DNA of 64,000 bases from NCBI GenBank assembly GCA_963779525.1, contig CAVZZB010000007.1, positions 261,578-325,577 on the forward strand, read 5' to 3'. Positions 9,445 through 17,287 of this stretch are shown one piece after another. Each line of letters begins with the position of its first letter. Position 1 is the stretch's first letter. Under the pieces are notes generated by a model. It had not been told where the DNA came from, did not search any database, and worked only from the letters and a program-made list of their open reading frames with translations. The stretch is from an uncultured Acidobacteriaceae bacterium. GTDB lineage: Bacteria; Acidobacteriota; Terriglobia; Terriglobales; Acidobacteriaceae. Position numbers and translations under genes: made by a program.

Positions 9445-10467
9445 CTAAATGCTAAGTACCACTTTTCCAAACATCTGACTGTTCTCTAAGTACTCGTGCG
9501 CAGCGCGAATGTCGCTGAGGGGAAACACGCGGTCGACTACCGGCCTCAGCCGTCCGGCAAAGACATGTCTGAGGACTTCATGCAGTTCCCCCATGGTTCC
9601 CATGTAGGAGCCGAGCAGCGACAATTGCCGAGCAAACAAATGGCGCAGATCGATCGCTGCATTTGGCCCGGTGGTCGCTCCGCAGGTCACCAGCGTGCCG
9701 CCGCTTTTGAGAGACCTCACGCTCTCGTCCCAGGTCGCAGCACCCACGTGCTCGATCACAATGTCGACACCTTCTTTATTCGTGATCTTCCGGACCTCCT
9801 CGGAAATTTTCTGCTGATAGTGGTTGATGCCGTAGTCGGCGCCTAGTTCCTTGCCTTTTGCCAGCTTCGCATCGTTGCCTGCGGTAGTGATCACGCGGCA
9901 GTGGAAGAGCTTTGCGATCTGAATAGCTGCGATGCCCACACCGGAACTCGCTCCCAGCACCAGCACGGTTTGCCCCGGCCGGATGCCGGCTCGTCCGACG
10001 AGCATGTGCCAGGCGGTGACGAATACCAGGGGCACGCTTGCCGCCTGGTTGAAATCGAGCGAATCGGGAATCGGAATCACGCTTGCCGGGGGGACGGCGA
10101 TCAGCTCGCAGTTCCCGCCATCCACGGCATTGCCGAGCACGGCAAAAGTGCGGCACTGGTTCTGCAGCCCCTCAACACACTTCTGGCAATGCCCGCAGAA
10201 ATACATGGGGGCGACGAGCACTCGCTGACCAGGTTTGAATCCGCTCACGTATTCTCCGACTTCCGCTACTTCCCCGGCGATGTCGCTGCCAAGGATGTGC
10301 GGCAGTTTCACTCCGGGCAGCCCCTTGCGTACCCATATATCCAGATGATTCAGCGAGCACGCCCGTACACGGACCATCACCTGATCCTTGCGCAACGGCG
10401 GATCGGGGATCTCCTCATAGCTCAAAACTTCCGGGCCACCGAACTGATGAATGCGGACTGCTTCCAT
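9445..10467 (-). CDS. zinc-type alcohol dehydrogenase / NADPH:quinone oxidoreductase family (MDR)
   Basis: MEAVRIHQFGGPEVL...C-x-LNHLD...GASSGVG Rossmann motif. The ATG at 10467 follows an AGGAGA RBS. The 73-aa upstream extension in the ORF track has no homology-like features. Confidence 0.85.
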   Translation of the reverse strand: MEAVRIHQFGGPEVLSYEEIPDPPLRKDQVMVRVRACSLNHLDIWVRKGLPGVKLPHILGSDIAGEVAEVGEYVSGFKPGQRVLVAPMYFCGHCQKCVEGLQNQCRTFAVLGNAVDGGNCELIAVPPASVIPIPDSLDFNQAASVPLVFVTAWHMLVGRAGIRPGQTVLVLGASSGVGIAAIQIAKLFHCRVITTAGNDAKLAKGKELGADYGINHYQQKISEEVRKITNKEGVDIVIEHVGAATWDESVRSLKSGGTLVTCGATTGPNAAIDLRHLFARQLSLLGSYMGTMGELHEVLRHVFAGRLRPVVDRVFPLSDIRAAHEYLENSQMFGKVVLSI

Positions 10468-10650
10468 AAGAAGTCTCCTGTTAGCACCAACCAGAGGCAA
10501 GCATACTGGCTCGGATCGGGAATTCCCAATCCGTGCCGTATTCGCGAGCTCACTACAAAAAGCGCCGGAGTGGTGACCGGGCTTCTGCATGTCGGAGTTT
10601 GACTCCCCTTCGTTCACCGACTGATAATCAAGTCGAGCCGTTCCTGCCTC

Positions 10651-11514
10651 ATGGATATCTACGAACAAATCGTCCAACTCCGACATGAAGGACGCCGGGG
10701 CGCTGTTGCCACGATCGTGAATGTGCGCGGTTCGATCCCTTCGTTCCGCACTGCCAAGATGCTGGTACGCGACGATGGATCGATTGTCGGCACCATTGGT
10801 GGGGGCTGCGTGGAGGCTGATGTCTGGCAGGCGGCGCGCGAGGTGATGGAATCCGAGAAGCCCCGGACCTTGAGCTTCGATCTGAACCAGGATCCGAAGT
10901 ACGATACCGGGCTGGTTTGCGGTGGAACGCTTGAAGTTTTCGTCGAGCCGGTGCTGCCTCCAGCGTTACTTTATGTGTTCGGCGCAGGTCATGTCGCCAT
11001 AAACCTTTGCGAGGCAGCGGTAAGGGCTGGTTTTGACCTCATTGTGACCGATGATCGTACCTCCTACGCTACCAAGGAGCGGTTTCCCGCCGCTCGCGAG
11101 GTGCATGCGCTGGATTTTGATGAGGCCGTCCGGAAGTTTGATCCCACTGAGACTTCTTATATCGTCATCGTCACGCGCGGACACCGCGACGACATGCGCC
11201 TGCTGCGCTGGGCGGTTCACACGCGCGCTCGTTACATCGGCATGATCGGCTCCAAGCGGAAAGTGATCGGGATTTTCAAAGCGTTGCAGGAAGAGGGTGT
11301 ACCGGCACATTTGTTCGATCGCGTGCATGCGCCCATCGGACTCGACATCGGTGCCATCACGCCCGAGGAGATTGCAGTTGCCATCACTGCAGAGCTGATC
11401 GCAATGCGCAGGCATGCGACCGCAAACCTGCCTCACATGAGCTGGTTCCACGCGCAAGGTTTCCAGCCCGAAGCGGGCGGCAGGCCAAAAGCGGCGGTGG
11501 ATGAAGAGAAATGA
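10651..11514 (+). CDS. XdhC/CoxI-family molybdenum-hydroxylase accessory protein
   Basis: Pattern ...GAVATIVNVRGSIPSFRTAKMLV..DGSIVGTIGGGCVEA... plus a C-terminal Rossmann-like VFGAGHVA. Confidence 0.85.
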   Translation: MDIYEQIVQLRHEGRRGAVATIVNVRGSIPSFRTAKMLVRDDGSIVGTIGGGCVEADVWQAAREVMESEKPRTLSFDLNQDPKYDTGLVCGGTLEVFVEPVLPPALLYVFGAGHVAINLCEAAVRAGFDLIVTDDRTSYATKERFPAAREVHALDFDEAVRKFDPTETSYIVIVTRGHRDDMRLLRWAVHTRARYIGMIGSKRKVIGIFKALQEEGVPAHLFDRVHAPIGLDIGAITPEEIAVAITAELIAMRRHATANLPHMSWFHAQGFQPEAGGRPKAAVDEEK

Positions 11515-11583
11515 ATTCCGGATCGCGGATTCTGGTGAAACGAAAAACTAACAGAATCCCGTGGTTCCTGCTATCTTCGCTGC

Positions 11584-12219
11584 ATGATCCGCGCTGCCAG
11601 CTTCGCCGGCATCATTCTTGCTGCGGGAGATTCCTCGCGCATGGGTCGGGACAAAGCCCTGCTGGCTTGGCCGCCTCCGGCCGCTGGCCAACCGCCTTCG
11701 AGTGAGACCTTTCTTTCGGCGGCGATTCGTTCGCTCTCCTTCGCTACGGAATTTGTGGTTGTGGTTGCCGGGAAAAATGCCGAGGCAGTCGCGCCAGTGG
11801 TCTACGCAGAAGGCGCGTCTCTTGTAGTTAATCCAGACCCAAGCCGGGGCCAATTCAGCTCGCTGCAAGTAGGCCTGCGCGAGGTACTCAATCGTGGACG
11901 CGACGCCGCCATGGTGACCCTGGTTGACCGTCCTCCGGTCGGCACTGCGACTTTGCAGGCTCTGCACGATGCATTTGAAAGCTCGGAACAGAATATCTGG
12001 CTGGTAATCCCTGAGTTCTCGGGCAAGCATGGACATCCGTATCTGCTCGGCCGCGAAATGATCGAAGTATTTCTGCGGGTTCCGGCTACATCGATCGCCC
12101 GCGATATCGAACACGAGCACCAAGAGCACATTCAATACGTGCACGTCGACGATCCGTCAGTAGTGGCCAATATCAATACGCCGGAAGAATACGCAGGGCT
12201 GCTGGCACGCTCGTCCTGA
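11584..12219 (+). CDS. MobA/MocA-like molybdenum cofactor nucleotidyltransferase
   Basis: N-terminal GIILAAGDSSRMGRDKALL NTP-transferase signature. It is adjacent to xdhC. Confidence 0.8.
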   Translation: MIRAASFAGIILAAGDSSRMGRDKALLAWPPPAAGQPPSSETFLSAAIRSLSFATEFVVVVAGKNAEAVAPVVYAEGASLVVNPDPSRGQFSSLQVGLREVLNRGRDAAMVTLVDRPPVGTATLQALHDAFESSEQNIWLVIPEFSGKHGHPYLLGREMIEVFLRVPATSIARDIEHEHQEHIQYVHVDDPSVVANINTPEEYAGLLARSS

Positions 12220-12265
12220 GCAACCTGCGTTGCGAATCTCGGGGCAGGCACGTTATCGTCGTAAG

Positions 12266-12991
12266 ATGCATGCCACAGAAACGTTTCTCCCGGTCACCAA
12301 CGAATTTCTCAACTCCATTCTCCGTCTTCAGCCGCGCGTCGCGGCATTTGACTGCGACGGCACTTTGTGGCCGGGCGACGCCGGGGAGCGTTTTTTTGAT
12401 TGGGAACTGAAACAGGGGGACGTCGTTGACGCCGCGCTCGATCGTCCGATGCGAGATCGTTACGCCGCCTACAAGCGCGGCGAGGTCGACGAAAGCACCA
12501 TGTGCGGGGAAATGGTTACCATGCATCGAGGGATTGCCGAATCGCGGATCATGGAAGCGGCTCACCGATTTTTCGACCAGTTCTTCGTCACCCAGATTTT
12601 TCCGGAAATGCGGGAACTGGTGCGTCGTCTGCAGGAAAACGGCTGCGAGATTTGGGTGGTCTCTTCCTCGAACGAATGGGTAATCCGCGCTGGGATGAAA
12701 TATTTCGGAATCCCGGAAAGCCGCATCCTCGCGGCCAAGGTAGAGCTCGAAGGCCCAACCCTGACCGATCGCCTGATCCGTGTACCCTCCGGTGCAGGCA
12801 AGCCCGAGGCGCTTCGTGAGAGCGTCAAGAAAGACATCGACGCTGGGTTTGGCAATTCCCGCTGGGACGCGGAAATGCTGGCGATGGCAAAACATGCTGT
12901 GGCTGTGAATCCGAATCCTGACCTCGAGGCTACAGCGCGGGAACGCGGCTGGAGGATTTACTTTCCCGAGGGAACTCGCTCGCAGAGTTAG
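12266..12991 (+). CDS. HAD-IB family hydrolase (SerB-like fold)
   Basis: DxD motif AAFDCDGTLW. SSS and GNSRWD motifs later in the sequence. Confidence 0.75.
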   Translation: MHATETFLPVTNEFLNSILRLQPRVAAFDCDGTLWPGDAGERFFDWELKQGDVVDAALDRPMRDRYAAYKRGEVDESTMCGEMVTMHRGIAESRIMEAAHRFFDQFFVTQIFPEMRELVRRLQENGCEIWVVSSSNEWVIRAGMKYFGIPESRILAAKVELEGPTLTDRLIRVPSGAGKPEALRESVKKDIDAGFGNSRWDAEMLAMAKHAVAVNPNPDLEATARERGWRIYFPEGTRSQS

Positions 12992-13024
12992 ATATGCGAC
13001 CAGCCTCCGCCGTTTACAATTGTT

Positions 13025-13390
13025 TTGTCAATGTATTCCGCACAGCTACTCGATCATTTTCAGAATCCGCGCAATGCCGGTGAGATTGCTGATGCGGATG
13101 CCGCGGCTGAGATCGAAAATCCCGCCTGCGGAGATGTGCTGCGACTGACACTGAAGCAGAGCGCCGGCCGGATCACACAGGTTCGATTCAAAGCCAAGGG
13201 ATGCGTCGCAGCGATTGCCTGCGGGTCGGCGTTAACGGAGTTAGTTGCGGGTGAGACGCTGGACGAGGCCCGTAGGGTGGAGCGCGCGGATATTATTGCG
13301 GCCGTCGGCGGCCTGCCGCAGGCTTCCACCCACGCTGCCCATTTGGTGCTGGAAGCGCTTACCGTTGCGCTGAGTCGCCTCAAAACCTAG
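13025..13390 (+). CDS. NifU/IscU-like Fe-S cluster scaffold protein
   Basis: LLDHFQNPRN.G...NPACGD...KAKGCVAAIA has the three conserved Cys of IscU/SufU N-terminal domains. Confidence 0.85.
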   Translation: MSMYSAQLLDHFQNPRNAGEIADADAAAEIENPACGDVLRLTLKQSAGRITQVRFKAKGCVAAIACGSALTELVAGETLDEARRVERADIIAAVGGLPQASTHAAHLVLEALTVALSRLKT

Positions 13391-13399
13391 TTGAGATTC

Positions 13400-14239
13400 A
13401 TGCCGACCCATACCCCACGCCGGATCGCTTGTCTGCAACCCAGCGCTACCGTAATTCTCGCGGAGATTGGCGAACTGGATCGCGTAATCGCCTGTACAAA
13501 ATATTGCGCCGATGTGGTTTCTGAAATCAAAACGCAGTCGCGAACGATTCTTGCCGACTCCTGGACGGCCAATGCCGAAGAGATTATCGCGGCTCGTCCA
13601 GACCTTGTAATTGCATCCGTGCCGTATCAAGAGAAGGCTGTCATCGAAATTCTCAAGTCCGGAACATCGTTGATTGGCCTCGCTCCGAAGAATTTGGCGG
13701 ACATTTACACAAATATCGGCATCATCGCGGGAGCAGTTGGAGCCAGCGATCGGGGCGAAGCCGTAATCGCTCGTATGCAGAGGCGAATCGAAGAGATTCG
13801 CGTCCTCACGGCGAGCCTGCCGCGGCCCAAAGTATTTTGTGAAGAATGGGGCAAGCCTTTGATCGCGTCGCAGCCCTGGGTTGCGGAACTGGTGGAGGCT
13901 GCGGGAGGAGAGTTTCTGGGCTTGCCGGGAAAACAGATCTCTGCCGAAGAAATCGCTGGCATGGATCCTGACATCTTGATCGCTGCCTGGTGCGGTGCGG
14001 GGGATCGCGTACCGCTTAACAAAATCATCTCCGAGCGCGGCTGGCAGGGAACTCAGGCGGCGCGCGGTTTCCGGGTTTACTGCATTCGGGATGAATATCT
14101 CAACACGCCTGCTCCCACGCTGCTTCAAGGGCTGGATGCCCTGGCCTTTGCCATCCATCCCGAACGTTTTGAGCGAGCGAAAGGTATCCGCCAAATTACC
14201 GGCGTTCCATCTTCCATCGACATGAATCCTGTGCCTTGA
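13400..14239 (+). CDS. BtuF/FhuD-like (class III, helical-backbone) ligand-binding protein without an obvious signal peptide
   Basis: RIACLQPSATVILAEIGELDRVIA...PDLVIAS...DPDILIAAW is typical of cobalamin/siderophore-binding proteins. The N-terminus is not hydrophobic. Confidence 0.7.
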   Translation: MPTHTPRRIACLQPSATVILAEIGELDRVIACTKYCADVVSEIKTQSRTILADSWTANAEEIIAARPDLVIASVPYQEKAVIEILKSGTSLIGLAPKNLADIYTNIGIIAGAVGASDRGEAVIARMQRRIEEIRVLTASLPRPKVFCEEWGKPLIASQPWVAELVEAAGGEFLGLPGKQISAEEIAGMDPDILIAAWCGAGDRVPLNKIISERGWQGTQAARGFRVYCIRDEYLNTPAPTLLQGLDALAFAIHPERFERAKGIRQITGVPSSIDMNPVP

Positions 14240-14247
14240 GTTAAGAT

Positions 14248-14736
14248 TTGCTGGTGCCCACCACCAGCAGAACGGAAGAGGTTCGCAACGAGGTCAACGC
14301 GCTCGCGGAAGCTGTGGTAGTGCCCCGAAGTCTGATGCAAGGGGTTTGCAAGCTCTTACATGACCGCATGCTTAAGTACAACTGGGTCGGGTTTTACATG
14401 CTGGAATCGGGCGCCCAACCTCCAGTGCTGGTGCTGGATGCATTCGTGGGAGCGATGACTCCGCATACGCGCATCCCGCTCAATCAAGGAATTTGTGGAG
14501 CTGCCGCCTCCAGCGGGAAAACGGTAGTGGTCGATGACGTCAGCAAAGATCCACGGTATCTCGCCTGTTCGCTGGAAACGAAGTCGGAAATTGTGGTGCC
14601 TATTTTCGTGAAGGGACAAGTCGTGGGCGAACTCGATATCGATAGCCATTTCCCGGCCGCGTTCGGAGTTGACGACCAGGAACTCGTCCAATTCTGCGCC
14701 GAAATCGTGGGCAAAAAGCTGGAGCAGTCTAAGTGA
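14248..14736 (+). CDS. GAF-domain protein (free methionine-(R)-sulfoxide reductase-like)
   Basis: WVGFYML...GICG.AA..G.TVVVDDV...P.YLACS..TKSEIVVPI pattern of single-GAF YebR/MsrC-like proteins. TTG start, so the start is uncertain. Confidence 0.75.
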   Translation: MLVPTTSRTEEVRNEVNALAEAVVVPRSLMQGVCKLLHDRMLKYNWVGFYMLESGAQPPVLVLDAFVGAMTPHTRIPLNQGICGAAASSGKTVVVDDVSKDPRYLACSLETKSEIVVPIFVKGQVVGELDIDSHFPAAFGVDDQELVQFCAEIVGKKLEQSK

Positions 14737-14812
14737 GAGTTGAAAACAAGCCGGGCGCTCTCCAGAGGCATGCAGTTGCGGGTGCGCTGTTCGTCATCAT
14801 GAGTCGCAAGTT

Positions 14813-15205
14813 ATGAAGCGGGTTGTCGCAGCGGTGATCGAGAAGGATGGAAAACTGCTGGTTTGCCAACGGACCCGCCATCAGACCATGCCCTTGAAAT
14901 GGGAATTTCCCGGGGGAAAGATCGAAGAAGGCGAGCAACCCCGCGACGCGTTACGCCGGGAGTTGGAAGAGGAATTAGGCATACATGCCAAGGTGGGCGA
15001 TGAGATCGCTCGCGTCCAGCATACTTATCCGACTGGCGCCGCCGTCGAGTTGCGGTTTTTCATTGTGCGAGAATACGATGGCAAGCTGGAAAATCGCATC
15101 TTCCGCGACCTGCAGTGGGCCGCACCCAGCACGCTGCCCTCGTATGACTTTCTCGAAGCGGATGCATCCCTGGTAAAGGATCTCGCCGCGGGAAGGCTTC
15201 CTTAA
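14813..15205 (+). CDS. mutT: NUDIX hydrolase, MutT-like (8-oxo-dGTP/CTP diphosphatase)
   Basis: Nudix box WEFPGGKIEEGEQPRDALRRELEEELGI. Confidence 0.85.
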   Translation: MKRVVAAVIEKDGKLLVCQRTRHQTMPLKWEFPGGKIEEGEQPRDALRRELEEELGIHAKVGDEIARVQHTYPTGAAVELRFFIVREYDGKLENRIFRDLQWAAPSTLPSYDFLEADASLVKDLAAGRLP

Positions 15206-15227
15206 CTTTCAGAATCTGGCTGCAGCT

Positions 15228-16481
15228 TTAGCCGGCCCCTCGCAAGGTCCAGAACCACGCAATCGTCAGCCCAATCATCACCACGGTCGTCACCCACGCA
15301 ATGGCGTTGAACAAATGCGAGTTCACGTATTCGCCCATCAACTCCTTTTTGTTGATCAGCAACAGCATGAAGATAAGCACAAAGGGCAGCACCACTCCGT
15401 TCACCACTTGCGACAGCACGGCGATCTTGATCAGCGGAAGGCCTGGAATTAGCAGAACGGCTCCGCCGGCTACGATCAGCAGCGTGTAGAGCCAGTAGAA
15501 AAACGGAGCTTCGCTGAACTTCTTGTCTACTCCGGATTCAAAGCCCATGCCCTCACACACGGTATACGCGGTAGAAAGCGGCAGAATTGAGGCGGCAAAC
15601 AGCGAAGCGTTGAACAACCCGACGGCGAAAAGAATGTAAGCGTACTGCCCGGCCAGCGGCTTCAAAGCCTGTGCGGCATCCGCGGCGTACTTGATGTCGC
15701 GGTATCCGTGAACGAATAACGTTGCCGCGCAGGCGACGATGATGAACCAGGCAACCACATCAGTAAAGATGCAACCCGTGATCACATCCCAGCGCGAAGC
15801 GCGAAGCCCTCGCCTGGTGACTCCTTTTTCCACAATCGAAGCCTGCAGATAGAACTGCATCCAGGGCGCGATGGTCGTTCCCACCACGCCAATCACCATA
15901 AACAGATAAGCTTGCTCGCGAAAGGCCTGCAGCCGAGGCGGCATCAAGGTTGCGCGGCTTGCTTCCTTCCAAGCCGGATGTGCCAACGCCCCGGCAAATA
16001 TATATGTGATGTAGAAAAAAGAAGCCGCGAGGAAGACTTTCTCCACGCTTTTATATTGGCCCTTCACCACGATGAGCCAAACGATCACGCCGCAAACCGG
16101 CACGGTCACGTAGCGCGAGAGCCCGAACAATTCCAGGCTGGTGGCGATGCCAATAAATTCCGTGACGACGTTACCGAAGTTGGTAATCAGGATGCCCAGC
16201 ATCATCAGAAAGGTGATGCGCAGGCCGAACTCTTCCCGGATCAGGTCGCTTAATCCCTTGCCGGTCACCGCGCCCATGCGGGCGCTCATTTCCTGCACCA
16301 CGATCAGGGCCAGCGTGATCGGGATCATGGTCCAAAGTAAAAGGAACCCGTACTGGGCCCCGGCCTGCGAGTAGGTCAGGATGCCGCCGGCGTCGTTGTC
16401 GACATTCGCGGTGATGATTCCCGGCCCCACTACGGCGAGGAACAGCAGAGTTCGACCCTTCCAACGTTTCCAAAGCCTCAT
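15228..16481 (-). CDS. mntH: NRAMP-family divalent metal cation transporter
   Basis: VVGPGIITANVDNDAGG motif. Around 11 hydrophobic segments. Confidence 0.9.
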   Translation of the reverse strand: MRLWKRWKGRTLLFLAVVGPGIITANVDNDAGGILTYSQAGAQYGFLLLWTMIPITLALIVVQEMSARMGAVTGKGLSDLIREEFGLRITFLMMLGILITNFGNVVTEFIGIATSLELFGLSRYVTVPVCGVIVWLIVVKGQYKSVEKVFLAASFFYITYIFAGALAHPAWKEASRATLMPPRLQAFREQAYLFMVIGVVGTTIAPWMQFYLQASIVEKGVTRRGLRASRWDVITGCIFTDVVAWFIIVACAATLFVHGYRDIKYAADAAQALKPLAGQYAYILFAVGLFNASLFAASILPLSTAYTVCEGMGFESGVDKKFSEAPFFYWLYTLLIVAGGAVLLIPGLPLIKIAVLSQVVNGVVLPFVLIFMLLLINKKELMGEYVNSHLFNAIAWVTTVVMIGLTIAWFWTLRGAG

Positions 16482-16709
16482 GAGCCCATATCGCAGACAT
16501 AAGAATTAGAACAACCGAGGGCGGGCTTCGCTCCGCGCGGTTGGCGGCCCGCCGCAAGCCCAAGGCCCATCAGAATACATGGACACGGTACGCCCCGGAA
16601 AGGTGAAAATGAAGATCCGTTGAGAAAAAGAGGAAGAGAATCGATTGGGTGAAGTCGAGCAGCACGGGACTCGCGCGGGGTAAGATACTTGCAGGCTGAT
16701 TATTTAAGA

Positions 16710-17219
16710 ATGACCAAGAACTCGGCGCGCACCCTCTACCTTTTCATCGTCGTTATCGTCGTCTTGCTTGACCGTTGGACCAAGCACGTCGTGGCGCAGC
16801 GGATTCGTCTTTATGCTCACATTCAGGTGATTCCCGGTTTTTTTCGCCTTACCCACACGGAGAACACCGGCGCGGCCTTCAGCCTTTTTGCCGATTCCAC
16901 CGCACCGTGGAAAACGGGGCTGCTGATCGCGTTTTCTGCGATTGCGTTGATTGTGGTGTCGGCCTTGCTCTGGAGAAATCACCACGCCCAAATTGTCACC
17001 GGCGTCGGATTGTCGCTGATCATGGGAGGAGCGTTAGGAAATCTCTGGGATCGCCTCGCCCGAGGGCGTGTGATTGATTTCCTGCTGGTCTATGTGAAGC
17101 AGTATCAGTGGCCGGTTTTCAATTTGGCGGATAGCGCGATTGTGGTAGGTGCGGGATTATTGATACTGGAGATTCTGTTTCATAAATCGAGTGGCCAGGA
17201 AAATACTCTACCGAGTTGA
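16710..17219 (+). CDS. lspA: lipoprotein signal peptidase II
   Basis: Motifs NTGAAFS and FNLADSAIVVG. Four TM segments. Confidence 0.85.
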   Translation: MTKNSARTLYLFIVVIVVLLDRWTKHVVAQRIRLYAHIQVIPGFFRLTHTENTGAAFSLFADSTAPWKTGLLIAFSAIALIVVSALLWRNHHAQIVTGVGLSLIMGGALGNLWDRLARGRVIDFLLVYVKQYQWPVFNLADSAIVVGAGLLILEILFHKSSGQENTLPS

Positions 17220-17287
17220 AGCGCCTCTTGCGACGGAACAGAGTCGCAGCTGACCCTTACAAACACTGCAGGCAGTTTAGGAATAGG

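Noticed and set aside
10468-10686. 73-aa N-terminal extension of the alcohol dehydrogenase-family ORF
   Set aside because: The canonical MDR N-terminus (MEAVRIHQFGGPEVL) begins at the ATG at 10467, which has a strong RBS. The extension overlaps the divergent xdhC start and has no homology-like features. Similar over-long track ORFs were trimmed for hypE, hypC, pgk, the anti-sigma gene and the DUF4097 gene.
13241-14194. 317-aa minus-strand ORF
   Set aside because: It is antisense to the NifU-like and BtuF-like genes. The composition is Arg-rich and no motif was recognised.
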